From Candidatus Eiseniibacteriota bacterium (lineage in GTDB: Bacteria > Joyebacterota > Joyebacteria > Joyebacterales > Joyebacteraceae): a stretch of DNA of 28,634 bases. A model generated the notes under the pieces. That model ran no database searches and had not been told where the DNA came from. It worked only from the letters and a program-made list of their open reading frames with translations. Both the position numbers and the translations under genes were made by a program. Below are positions 1 through 9,392 of the stretch, piece after piece; positions within the stretch are counted from its first letter, which is position 1; every line of letters starts with the position of its first letter. The stretch is from NCBI GenBank assembly GCA_043819135.1, contig JBDRFG010000043.1, positions 1-28,634 on the forward strand, read 5' to 3'.

Positions 1-1
1 C

Positions 2-1063
2 CCCCTAAGGGACCTCATTTCTGCCTTCAATATCTTCAGGTACATTACCTTCCGATCAGCGTACGCGGCGGTGACAGCCCTGCTCATAAGCTTCCTCCTC
101 GGCCCCCTCTTTATTCGCATGCTCAAGAGACGTCAGCTGACCGAAGGCGTCAGGGAATACGTTCCGGAGTCGCACGCGGCGAAGGCCGGAACCCCGACGA
201 TGGGCGGACTGCTCATCCTCGTTGCGACGCTCGTTCCGACGCTCCTCTGGGCACGCCTGGACAACGACTTCATCTGGTTGATGATCTTCGCGACCCTGTG
301 GCTGGGCGCCGTCGGGTTCGCGGACGACTACCTCAAGGTGGTCAAGAAGCGGAGGAAGGGCCTGATAGCCCGCTACAAGTTGACGGGGCAGCTCCTGCTC
401 GGGCTGGTGATCGGGCTCTACGTCTACTACACGCAACTGAACGGCCTCGCCTCGGACGTGGAGGTGCCCTTCCTCAAGGACGCCGTGATCTCGCTCGGGG
501 CCGCCTACGTGCTCTTCGTGATGATCGTCATCACGGCGAGCTCGAACGCGGTCAATCTGACCGACGGGCTCGACGGCCTCGCGATCGGCCTGGTCATCCT
601 CTGCGCGCTTGCGTTCGCGGCCATGAGCTACGTAACGGGACACGTAAGGTTCAGCGACTACCTCAACATCCCGTACATCGCGGGAACGGGCGAGCTGACG
701 GTCTACTGTTCCGCGCTCATCGGGGCGGGGCTCGGTTTCCTCTGGTTCAATTCGCATCCGGCGGAAGTGTTCATGGGCGACACGGGGTCGCTCGCGGTGG
801 GAGGCGCGCTGGGAGCGCTCGCGATCCTCATCAAGAAGGAGATATGGCTGGTCATCGTCGGCGGCCTCTTCGTGGTCATCGCCGCCTCCGTGATCATCCA
901 GATAGCGTCGTACAAGCTTCGAGGCAAGCGGGTGTTCCTCATGGCCCCGCTTCATCACCACTTCCAGAAGAAGGGGTGGCCGGAGAGCAAGGTCGTCATC
1001 CGCTTCTGGATCGTCGGAGCGCTCTTCGCGCTGGTCGCGCTCTCCACGCTCAAACTTCAGTGA
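2..1063 (+). CDS. mraY: Phospho-N-acetylmuramoyl-pentapeptide transferase MraY (5'-partial)
   Basis: The frame is open from base 2 (PLRDLISAFNIFRYITFRSAYAAVTA...), so the true start is upstream of the window. Motifs KAGTPTMGG, GFADDYLK, SNAVNLTDGLDGLA, VFMGDTGS and MAPLHHHF are present. Confidence 0.97.
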   Translation, partial: PLRDLISAFNIFRYITFRSAYAAVTALLISFLLGPLFIRMLKRRQLTEGVREYVPESHAAKAGTPTMGGLLILVATLVPTLLWARLDNDFIWLMIFATLWLGAVGFADDYLKVVKKRRKGLIARYKLTGQLLLGLVIGLYVYYTQLNGLASDVEVPFLKDAVISLGAAYVLFVMIVITASSNAVNLTDGLDGLAIGLVILCALAFAAMSYVTGHVRFSDYLNIPYIAGTGELTVYCSALIGAGLGFLWFNSHPAEVFMGDTGSLAVGGALGALAILIKKEIWLVIVGGLFVVIAASVIIQIASYKLRGKRVFLMAPLHHHFQKKGWPESKVVIRFWIVGALFALVALSTLKLQ

Positions 1064-1133
1064 CAGGCGGGTCTCATGAAGACTGGATGGGCGGACGAGA
1101 GACAGGGGACAAAGAAGCGGGGGGAAGAGACAC

Positions 1134-2528
1134 GTGGGCGGTCTCACGCCACAGGAACTGCGGTCGCAGAGAGTCCTGGTAGTCGGCCTGGCGCGGAGCG
1201 GGGTCGCGGCCGTCGAGTTGCTGCTGCGCTCGGGCGCGTCGGTCGTGGCGACGGATCTGCGAAGCGCGGACGAGCTCGGACTCGACTCGCTTGGCTGGAG
1301 CGACAAAGGAGTAGAGCTTAGGCTTGGCCGCCAGACGCCCGAGCTTCTTTCCGGCGTCGACCTGGTCGTCCTGAGTCCGGGCGTCCCTCTGCAGTCCCCG
1401 CTTCCGAGCGCCGCGCGGGACCGAAACGTGCGCACGATAGGTGAGCTCGAACTCGCACACGCCGCTTCGAGCGGAAGGTGGCTGGCAGTGACCGGAACGA
1501 ACGGCAAGACGACGACAACCGCGCTCTTGGGCGAGCTCGTGAAGACGACGGGCAGGCCCGTCGTCGTCGCGGGGAACATCGGCCTCGCGCTCTCGGGGGA
1601 GGTGGAAGCGGTGCCGGAAGACGGCTACATCGTCGCGGAGGTCTCGAGCTTCCAGCTGGACACGATAGAGAGCTTCAGTCCGCACGTCGGTGTGCTTCTC
1701 AATGTTACCGAGGACCACCTCGACCGGTACGAGTCGTTCGAGGCCTACAGGAGATCGAAAGCGCGCATGTTTGAGAACCAGAGCACATCCGATTTCGCCG
1801 TCCTCAACTTCGATGACGCGGGTGTGGCGGCGCTCGAGACCGAAGTCGCCGCCACGGTCATACCCTTCAGCGCCGAGCGCGAGGTCAGGCACGGCGTCTT
1901 CCTGCGCGACGGCACGATGGTCTCACGGGTGGGAGGCAACGAGCAGGAGATCGTCGCGGCAAGCGAGGTGGGCATTCCCGGACCTCACAATCTCTCGAAC
2001 GCGCTCGCGGCTACGGCGGCGGCCGTCGCGATCGGCGTTGCGCCCGAAGCTGCCGCGCGCGTACTCACGAGCTTCAGATCTCTCGAGCACAGGCTCGAGG
2101 CCGTCGCCGAAATAGACGGCGTCTCCTACGTCAACGACTCGAAGGCCACCAACGTCGATTCGGTGAGCTTCGCGCTCCGGAGCTTCGACGCTCCGATCGT
2201 TCTCATAGCAGGCGGGAAGGATAAGGGCACCGACTTCTCTCCGCTCGGGAGGTACATCTCCGGGCGGGTGAGGCGCCTCATCCTTATCGGCGAGGCCGCG
2301 GAGAAGATGGAGCGCACGTTCGAGGGGCTCGTGCCCACGGAAAGGGCCGCGTCGCTTGGTTCTGCCGTGCTCGCCGCCGGGAGGAGCGCGGTCCCAGGCG
2401 ACGTCGTGTTGTTGTCTCCGGCCTGCGCGAGTTTCGACATGTTCGACGATTTCGAGGACAGGGGACGGCAGTTCAAGAATCTGGTCGCGGCGCTGGCGCG
2501 CAAGGCCGCCGCGGGAGGTGGGAAGTGA
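1134..2528 (+). CDS. murD: UDP-N-acetylmuramoyl-L-alanine--D-glutamate ligase
   Basis: VVGLARSG, SPG, GTNGKTTT P-loop, EVSSFQL, DHLDRY, NDSKATN, LLSPACASFDMF; position after mraY. Confidence 0.97.
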   Translation: MGGLTPQELRSQRVLVVGLARSGVAAVELLLRSGASVVATDLRSADELGLDSLGWSDKGVELRLGRQTPELLSGVDLVVLSPGVPLQSPLPSAARDRNVRTIGELELAHAASSGRWLAVTGTNGKTTTTALLGELVKTTGRPVVVAGNIGLALSGEVEAVPEDGYIVAEVSSFQLDTIESFSPHVGVLLNVTEDHLDRYESFEAYRRSKARMFENQSTSDFAVLNFDDAGVAALETEVAATVIPFSAEREVRHGVFLRDGTMVSRVGGNEQEIVAASEVGIPGPHNLSNALAATAAAVAIGVAPEAAARVLTSFRSLEHRLEAVAEIDGVSYVNDSKATNVDSVSFALRSFDAPIVLIAGGKDKGTDFSPLGRYISGRVRRLILIGEAAEKMERTFEGLVPTERAASLGSAVLAAGRSAVPGDVVLLSPACASFDMFDDFEDRGRQFKNLVAALARKAAAGGGK

Positions 2529-3697
2529 AGGGGAGCGTACGCTGCGATTGGGCGCTGGTCTGGACGACGCTGCTTCTGATCCTCGTCGGAATGCTGACCG
2601 TGTACACGGCGAGCGTACACATCGCCGAGCACAACTTCGGCGGCAGCCACGTCTTCCTGAAAAGGAACGCGTTCCGCGCGGTCTTCGGACTGGCCGCCGC
2701 GGCGTTCGCCTACACGTTCGATTACAGGTCGTACCGCAAGCACGCGAAGAAGGCGATCCTCCTGACCATTCTGCTTCTGCTGGCGACGCTGTTCTTCGGC
2801 AGGACCGTGCGCGGGATGCGCGGTTTCCTCCTTATGTTCCAGCCCAGTGAGGTGGCGAAGCTCGTGCTCGTCATCTATCTGGCCGACGTGCTCGCGCGCA
2901 GGAAGGACGAACTCTCGAACTTCGTCCACGGGCTCCTTCCCAGGCTGGGGCTCGTGGCATGCGTGGTCGGGCTCATACTGCTTCAGCCCGACTTCGGGAG
3001 TGCGATAGCCGTCGTGATCCTCTCGCTCGTGCTCCTGTTCCTCGGGGGCGCCAGACTGTCACACATCGGCGCCCTGGGAGCGGCGGCGGTCCCGGGTATC
3101 GTCCTCGCCATCAAGTTCGTACCTCACATCGCCGAGAGATGGGCCGTGTGGCGCTCCGCCTACGACCTGACGCTCAGTGGGGTCGACACCAAGGGCGCCG
3201 GGTACCAGATCTTCCAGTCGCTCGTGGCGCTCGGATCGGGCGGATTGTGGGGAAGGGGCATAGGGGGAAGCTATCAGCGCGCGTTCATCCCGGACCCCTA
3301 CACCGATTTCGCCTTCTCCATCTGGGGCGAGGAGGTCGGGTTCCTCGGCACGTTCGGGCTCATCTGCGTGCTCGCGTTCTTCCTGCTACGGGGGCTTCGA
3401 ATAGCGAAGCGGGCGCCGGACCGCTACGGTCAGATCCTGGCGTCTGGTCTGACGGCGATGGTGACCATCTACGCGGCCATCAACATAGGGGTCGCGACCG
3501 CGCTCATCCCGACGACCGGGTTGCCGCTTCCCTTCATCAGCTACGGCGGCTCCTCGCTCATTATCAACATGGTCGCCGTCGGCATTCTCCTGAATCTGTC
3601 AAAGCGTCCCGTGATGGTGGGAGGATCAAGAGTTGCGCCGTCGGAGCTGGCGAGGCGCTGGACGGCTCAGAAGGCCGGAAACGAGAAGAGGTCGTGA
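2525..3697 (+). CDS. ftsW: SEDS-family peptidoglycan glycosyltransferase FtsW
   Basis: Multi-TM protein with QPSE, QPDFGS, GYQ, TDF..S..GEE.G and TGLPLPFISYGGSS; GTGA overlap with the murD stop. Confidence 0.96.
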   Translation: MKGSVRCDWALVWTTLLLILVGMLTVYTASVHIAEHNFGGSHVFLKRNAFRAVFGLAAAAFAYTFDYRSYRKHAKKAILLTILLLLATLFFGRTVRGMRGFLLMFQPSEVAKLVLVIYLADVLARRKDELSNFVHGLLPRLGLVACVVGLILLQPDFGSAIAVVILSLVLLFLGGARLSHIGALGAAAVPGIVLAIKFVPHIAERWAVWRSAYDLTLSGVDTKGAGYQIFQSLVALGSGGLWGRGIGGSYQRAFIPDPYTDFAFSIWGEEVGFLGTFGLICVLAFFLLRGLRIAKRAPDRYGQILASGLTAMVTIYAAINIGVATALIPTTGLPLPFISYGGSSLIINMVAVGILLNLSKRPVMVGGSRVAPSELARRWTAQKAGNEKRS

Positions 3698-4800
3698 AGG
3701 TGATGATAGCAGGGGGCGGTACGGGCGGCCACATCAGTCCGGGCATAGCCATAGCCGACGCACTGGAGCGCTCGGCTCCGGGCATAGAGGTGTTCTTCAT
3801 GGGGCGAAGCGGCTCGATAGAGGAGCGGCTGGTCGGACGCACGGGGCGAGGCTTCGTCACGGTGCCGTCGATGGGACTCCGGAGGAGCGTCGATATCAGG
3901 AATCTGGGTATGCCGTTCGTCGTGATCGCGGGATTCGTTCGCGCTCTCGGTGTTCTCGCTCGCCGGCGTCCCGCCGCGGCCGTCGGCACCGGAGGCTTCG
4001 TCAGCATGCCGCCCATCCTCGCGGCGCGGACTCTTGGAATACCCGTCGTTCTGCAGGAGCAGAACTCCTATCCGGGACTCGCGACACGCGTTCTCTCGCG
4101 GTGGGCGTCGTCCGTCCACACCAGCTTCGAGGAGACGGCCGCGCACCTGCCGCGGGCACGAGAGATCGCGTTGTCCGGCAATCCGGTCAGGAGCGAGTTC
4201 GAAGCCACCGACCGCGGACAGTCGAGAAGGAAGCTCGGTCTGCACCCCATGGGCGCCGTGATCCTCCTCGTGGGCGGAAGCGGGGGAGCGCGGCGCATCA
4301 ATGAGGCGGTGGCGGACGCGGCCGGCAGGATGGCGGGAATGGGAGTCGAACTCGTGGTCCAGACAGGCTCCGCGGACGTCGACATCGTAAGGGCGGCACT
4401 GGCGAAGGCGGCAGTCAAGGCCATCGTTGAGCCCTTCTTCGACGACATGGCGACCGCCTACGCGGCGAGCGACCTGGTTGTGTCGCGATCGGGGGCGACT
4501 GCGATAGCCGAGATAGAGATAGTGGGCAGGCCCTCGCTCCTGGTGCCCTACCCGCATGCGACCGAGGGGCACCAGATGAAGAACGCGCGCGCCGTGGAGA
4601 AGGCTGGAGCCGCGGTGGTCGTGCCGGACGATGAACTGACCGGCGAGAGGCTCGCCGATGAGGTCTCTGAGTTACTGAAAGATAGGGCGCGGTTGGCACT
4701 CATGGCCCAGAGGGCCAGGGCGCTCGCAAGGCCCGACGCGGCTGAGCGGGTTGGCGAGGCGGTCCTGGCCCTTGCCCTGAGCAGGAGAGAATCGCAGTGA
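3694..4800 (+). CDS. murG: Undecaprenyl-PP-MurNAc-pentapeptide GlcNAc transferase MurG
   Basis: GTG at 3694 overlaps the ftsW TGA; the ORF-track start at 2959 is an over-extension. Motifs GGGTGGH, GTGGFVS, EQNSYPG, GNPVR, GGSGGA, RSGA and HQMKNA. Confidence 0.96.
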   Translation: MKVMIAGGGTGGHISPGIAIADALERSAPGIEVFFMGRSGSIEERLVGRTGRGFVTVPSMGLRRSVDIRNLGMPFVVIAGFVRALGVLARRRPAAAVGTGGFVSMPPILAARTLGIPVVLQEQNSYPGLATRVLSRWASSVHTSFEETAAHLPRAREIALSGNPVRSEFEATDRGQSRRKLGLHPMGAVILLVGGSGGARRINEAVADAAGRMAGMGVELVVQTGSADVDIVRAALAKAAVKAIVEPFFDDMATAYAASDLVVSRSGATAIAEIEIVGRPSLLVPYPHATEGHQMKNARAVEKAGAAVVVPDDELTGERLADEVSELLKDRARLALMAQRARALARPDAAERVGEAVLALALSRRESQ

Positions 4801-6194
4801 CCATGTTCGGTCGCGTGAAGCATGTGCATCTCGTGGGTATCGGCGGCGCCGGAATGAGCGGCATCGCCGAGGTGCTCCTGAACCTGCACTACGTCGTGTC
4901 GGGTTCGGACCTCAGACGCAGCGAGACCACCGACAGGCTGACCTCGCTCGGCGCGCGCGTCAACTACGGTCACGACGCCGCGAACATCGAGGGCGCGGAC
5001 GTTGTCGTGGTCTCGACGGCCGTCGCGAGAGACAACCCGGAGATACTGGCGGCGCGCGCGCGGCTCGTTCCAGTCATTCCGAGGGTGGAGATGCTGGCGG
5101 AACTCATGCGGATGAAGTTCTCGGTCGCCGTAGGAGGGACGCACGGCAAGACCACCACGACATCGCTCATCTCGGCCGTTCTGTCGGTCGGCGGACTCGA
5201 CCCCACGGTCGTCGTCGGCGGGAAGATAAGCTCGATGGGCACCGGCGCCCGGCTCGGCGCTAGCGAGTACATGGTCGCCGAGGCGGACGAGAGCGACGGG
5301 TCCTTCCTGAAGCTGTCCCCGACGCTTGCCGTCGTCACGACGGTCGACGAGGAGCACCTCGACTACTATTCCGGGCTCGACGAGATCAAGAGCGCGTTCA
5401 CCCGATTCGCCAACAGCGTGCCGTTCTACGGGTGCTCGATCGTCTGTCTCGATCAGGAGAACATCCAGTCGATCATCGGCGACATCGAGCGGCGGGTCAT
5501 TACATACGGACTGGCGAGCCAGGCGGACGTGCAGGCCATCGGTGTCGAAGCGTCCGGAGAGCTGACGTCCTTCACGGTTGTGGCGGGAGGTGAAGAGCTG
5601 GGTCGCGTCGTGATCACAATGCCGGGACTGCACAACGTATACAACTCGGTCGCCGCCGTGGCGGTGGGTCTCGAGCTCGGCGTCTCCTTCGGAGACATCA
5701 CCGAAGCCCTGAGAAGCTTCGAGGGAATCGCACGCAGGTTCGACATAAGAGGGGAGGCTGGCGATGTGCTTGTTCTGGATGACTACGGACACCACCCGGT
5801 CGAGATCAGAACGACTCTCTCAGCAGCCGCGGCTCGATGGAACCGCAGGCTCGTCGTCCTGTTCCAGCCGCACAGATACACGCGGACGCAAAAGCTCCTG
5901 GAGGAGTTCGGACGAAGCTTCTACGACGCAACGGTCCTCTTCGTAGCCGGTATTTACGCGGCGAGCGAGGAGCCGATTCCCGGCGTCAGCGGCGCGAACA
6001 TCGTCGAGGTGGCCCGTCGCCACGGCCACCGTGACGCTGACTACGTGGAGGACCTGGGCGCGCTCTACGAGCGCGCGATGACCGTCATCCGACCGGGCGA
6101 CGTGGTAGTCACACTCGGCGCCGGAGATATCTACAAGGTCGGAGAGCGGATCCTGGCGAGCCTCCGCAAGAGGGAATCACTGGGGGACGCTTGA
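4797..6194 (+). CDS. murC: UDP-N-acetylmuramate--L-alanine ligase
   Basis: GIGGAGMSGIA, GTHGKTTT, EADESDGSF, EHLDYY, DDYGHHP.E, FQPHRYTRT, LGAGDI. Confidence 0.97.
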   Translation: MTMFGRVKHVHLVGIGGAGMSGIAEVLLNLHYVVSGSDLRRSETTDRLTSLGARVNYGHDAANIEGADVVVVSTAVARDNPEILAARARLVPVIPRVEMLAELMRMKFSVAVGGTHGKTTTTSLISAVLSVGGLDPTVVVGGKISSMGTGARLGASEYMVAEADESDGSFLKLSPTLAVVTTVDEEHLDYYSGLDEIKSAFTRFANSVPFYGCSIVCLDQENIQSIIGDIERRVITYGLASQADVQAIGVEASGELTSFTVVAGGEELGRVVITMPGLHNVYNSVAAVAVGLELGVSFGDITEALRSFEGIARRFDIRGEAGDVLVLDDYGHHPVEIRTTLSAAAARWNRRLVVLFQPHRYTRTQKLLEEFGRSFYDATVLFVAGIYAASEEPIPGVSGANIVEVARRHGHRDADYVEDLGALYERAMTVIRPGDVVVTLGAGDIYKVGERILASLRKRESLGDA

Positions 6195-6256
6195 GGACGC
6201 TCGGACTGGCGACATGGGGTCCCCGCCTGGCGGGGGGAATCCGAACGGAGAGAGCG

Positions 6257-7168
6257 ATGGGAATCGACCCGATCACACTCGATGAGCTGACGAGGATGGC
6301 GCCGGGACAGGTGCTGGTCGATGAGCCGATGGCCAGGCACACCTCGTTCGGCCTGGGCGGTCCCGCCGACGTCTTCGTCGAGCCGCGGGACGCCGCGACG
6401 TTCCGGGAGTGTGCCGACTACCTGTCGAATGCGGGCGTTCCCGTGACCCTTCTGGGTCGGGGAACCAACATCCTGGTCAGGAGCGGCGGCATCGACGGCG
6501 CGGTGCTGACCGGAATCAAAGCGTTCGGAACGCTTTCCCGCGCCGGTGAGGCCGTGCGCGTCGGTGGCGGTGTCGGCCTGCCGCGGTTGCTCTCGTTCTG
6601 CGCGGAGAGCGGCCTCTCGGGACTGGAGGGGCTCTCGGGCATTCCAGGCAGCGCGGGGGGAGCCGTCGTCACGAACGCGGGGAGCTTCGGCGTGTCGATC
6701 GGGGACCGGCTGACGGGCATCACTGTGTCGAAACCGGGCGGGCCACCGTCCACCATCCCCCGCGACGACCTCCCGATGGCCTATCGCAAGACCGAGATCC
6801 AGAGCGGGCTCTTCATCGAGGAGGTCGGGCTGGCTCTCGACCGGGGCGATCCTGAGGACATCATGGCGGCGCACCGCGAGACGCTGGAGAAGAAGTGGAA
6901 GTCACAGCCGAGCGGGATGAGGTGCGCGGGCTGCGTGTTCAAGAACCCGACGGGGGACGCGGCCGGGAAGCTGGTTGACGAGGCCGGTCTGAAGGGCATG
7001 AGAGTGGGCGGCGCCGTCGTTTCCGACCTCCACGCCAACTTCATTCTGAACGACAGGGGCGCCACGGCGGAGGACGTCGAGGAACTGATCGAGATCGTGC
7101 GTGAGCGCGTCGCTGACGCGGCGGGCATCACGCTCGAGCTCGAGATAGAGGTCGTCGGGAGACAGTAG
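6257..7168 (+). CDS. murB: UDP-N-acetylenolpyruvoylglucosamine reductase
   Basis: HTSFGLGGPA, GRGTN, GIPGSAGGA..NAG, QP...CAGCVFKNP, HANFILN, LELEI. ATG 6257 follows GGAGAG; the alternative start is TTG 6191. Confidence 0.93.
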   Translation: MGIDPITLDELTRMAPGQVLVDEPMARHTSFGLGGPADVFVEPRDAATFRECADYLSNAGVPVTLLGRGTNILVRSGGIDGAVLTGIKAFGTLSRAGEAVRVGGGVGLPRLLSFCAESGLSGLEGLSGIPGSAGGAVVTNAGSFGVSIGDRLTGITVSKPGGPPSTIPRDDLPMAYRKTEIQSGLFIEEVGLALDRGDPEDIMAAHRETLEKKWKSQPSGMRCAGCVFKNPTGDAAGKLVDEAGLKGMRVGGAVVSDLHANFILNDRGATAEDVEELIEIVRERVADAAGITLELEIEVVGRQ

Positions 7169-7222
7169 GGACTTGTTCCTGCTGCAGGAACCAACCGTCC
7201 ACACGGACACGAGGATTCCAGA

Positions 7223-8119
7223 GTGTCGGGACTTCGCCTGAAGAACAGGAGCCGCGGGAAAAAGGGTGCACCCCGACAGCGCGCCGTCGGGCGCGAGAGC
7301 GCGTCGAGCCGCCCCCGGAAGACGCGCCGCACGAGGAAGGCGAGATACTTCGCGTTCCGCCTCCCGAGCCTCGAGTGGAACCTGAAGCGCCTCGCGATCG
7401 TCGCCACCGCGCTTGTCCTCGTCGCCGGCATGGCGCTGATCATATCCGGTGCCCTCGGGTGGGGACGAGGGGAGGAGCGGTTCCTCCTGTTGCGCTTCGA
7501 GGTAAGGGGCAACAGGGTCCTGACCGAGGAAGAGATCCTGGTGCTCTCGGGCGTGGTGATGGGTTCCAATCTCCTCGATGTCAGGATCTCCGCGCTGGAG
7601 GAGGCCGTCGCGGCCTCGCCTCGCGTCGACAGGGCGCAGGCAAGAAGGGTCCTTCCTGACCGGGTGGTCGTGACGCTTGATGAGAAGCGCCCGGCCGCGC
7701 TCGTGGCGGCCGTCAGTGGTGGCGTCGTTGAGGTGACGGACGACGGTGCGGTCCTTCCGATCGCGGCGCAGACCGCGTCGGTCGACCTGCCGGTCATCAC
7801 CGGGGCGGTGGGGGATGTTGAACCGGGAATCGACACGCTCTCTCCGGAGCTCGTTGACGCGCTCGCGCTTCTGCGGCGCGCGCAGGAGGTTTCGGAGGGG
7901 CTATGGATGGACATATCGGAAGTCAGGATTGCGCCGGGATCGGGTCTGGTCATTTATACGGTAGCCGACGGGGCAGAGATCAGAGTTGGTTCCGGCGCTC
8001 TTAGTTCGAGCGACCTCGAGCGTCTGTGGCGGGTGTTGTGTGATATCCGCGACAGGGGTGGAGAGGCCGAGACGATAGATCTCAGATTCAAAGACCAGAT
8101 AATCGTAAGGCTTTCTTAG
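7223..8119 (+). CDS. ftsQ: Cell division protein FtsQ/DivIB
   Basis: Basic cytoplasmic N-tail, single TM, POTRA-like region (V.GN..L...EI...; RRVLPD.V.V...E), C-terminal IDLRFKDQIIV; lies just upstream of ftsA. Confidence 0.9.
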   Translation: MSGLRLKNRSRGKKGAPRQRAVGRESASSRPRKTRRTRKARYFAFRLPSLEWNLKRLAIVATALVLVAGMALIISGALGWGRGEERFLLLRFEVRGNRVLTEEEILVLSGVVMGSNLLDVRISALEEAVAASPRVDRAQARRVLPDRVVVTLDEKRPAALVAAVSGGVVEVTDDGAVLPIAAQTASVDLPVITGAVGDVEPGIDTLSPELVDALALLRRAQEVSEGLWMDISEVRIAPGSGLVIYTVADGAEIRVGSGALSSSDLERLWRVLCDIRDRGGEAETIDLRFKDQIIVRLS

Positions 8120-8157
8120 GCGCGCCTGTCAGGCGCGCCCGGGGGGGAGGCTCTCTC

Positions 8158-9378
8158 GTGAGAAGAGGTGAGATCCTTGTTGGACTGGATCTCGGATCGA
8201 GCAGGATCAAGGTCGTTGTCGCCGACACCGCCGACCGCGAGCTGCCCGAGATCCTTGGAATGGGGGAGGCGGACTCCCTGGGGATAGAAGCGGGAGTCAT
8301 CGTGAACATGGAGCGGGCCGCTCTCTCTATCCGTTCCGCGGTAGAGGACGCGGAGGAGAGCGCGGACGTCGACGTCGGACGGGTCCTGGTCACGCTGGAC
8401 GGCGAGCACATCAAGGGCATCGACAGCCGCGGCGTCGTGGCCGTCTCACGCAGCGGAGGTGAGATCGCCAAGGCAGAGGTCAACGCGGTTCTTGAAGCGG
8501 CGAAGACGCTGGCTCTGCCCGTTGGCAGGACGATCCTCGACGCCAAGGCCCAGGAGTTCTTCGTGGACGCTCAGCGCGGCATCCGGGACCCGATCGGGAT
8601 GACGGGTGTCCGTCTGGGTTCGAAGGTCCACATCGTCACGGCGTCGCAGCAGGCCGTGGACAACGCGGTCCGGGCGGTGCGGAGGGCGGGACTGAAGCTC
8701 TCGGGCATGTCGTTCAAGTCGCTCGCGGCCGGAACGGCCGTGCTTTCCGAGGACGAGACGGAGCTGGGGGTGCTTCTCGTCAATCTCGGCGCCGGAACCA
8801 CCGGCCTCGCCCTGTATCACGGCGGGACGGTCAGGCACACGGGCGCCATCGGATGGGGGGCGGCCAGCGTCACGAGCGACATAGCCGTGGGTCTCCGGAT
8901 GCCGATCGCCAAGGCCGAGCAGATCAAGCGAGAGAGTGGGTCTGCCTGCGCTTCGATGGCCGAGGACGGTGTCGTCGAGATTCCGACGGTCGGGGGCCAC
9001 CCGTCGCGAGAGTGCTCCGGTCAGATACTGGCCGCCATCATCGAGCCGAGAATGCGTGAGATCTTCGAGATGGTCATGAACGAAATGCGGAGCACGGACT
9101 ACTGGGGGAGGATCCCCGCGGGAGTCGTGTTGACCGGCGGCGGTGCGAAGCTCCGGAACGTAACGGTCCTGGCCGAGGAGGTCTTCGGCGTCGGCGCCCG
9201 CATCGGGCTGCCGGATCGTGTCTCCGGGCGTTTCGACGCGATCGTCGATCCGGCGCACGCGTCCGCTGTTGGAATCATAATGTCGGCTACCGGCCCGGCC
9301 GCAACACGGCCGCGCCCGGACAAGCCGTTTGCAGACAAGGTTCATAAGGTACGTCAGTGGGTAGACAGCCTGCTTTAG
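8158..9378 (+). CDS. ftsA: Cell division protein FtsA
   Basis: GLDLGSS, PIGMTGVRL..KVHIVT, AEQIK, IIEPRMREIF, VVLTGGGAKL, C-terminal amphipathic helix (HKVRQWVDSLL); GGGAGG RBS. Confidence 0.96.
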   Translation: MRRGEILVGLDLGSSRIKVVVADTADRELPEILGMGEADSLGIEAGVIVNMERAALSIRSAVEDAEESADVDVGRVLVTLDGEHIKGIDSRGVVAVSRSGGEIAKAEVNAVLEAAKTLALPVGRTILDAKAQEFFVDAQRGIRDPIGMTGVRLGSKVHIVTASQQAVDNAVRAVRRAGLKLSGMSFKSLAAGTAVLSEDETELGVLLVNLGAGTTGLALYHGGTVRHTGAIGWGAASVTSDIAVGLRMPIAKAEQIKRESGSACASMAEDGVVEIPTVGGHPSRECSGQILAAIIEPRMREIFEMVMNEMRSTDYWGRIPAGVVLTGGGAKLRNVTVLAEEVFGVGARIGLPDRVSGRFDAIVDPAHASAVGIIMSATGPAATRPRPDKPFADKVHKVRQWVDSLL

Positions 9379-9392
9379 GAGAGGGCGGACGA

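Noticed and set aside
2959..3693. Apparent 245-aa N-terminal extension of MurG
   Set aside because: It lies entirely inside ftsW in another frame; MurG homology begins at GTG 3694.
7169..7222. Absence of ddl between murB and ftsQ
   Set aside because: ddl is often located outside the dcw cluster; no remnant is visible here.
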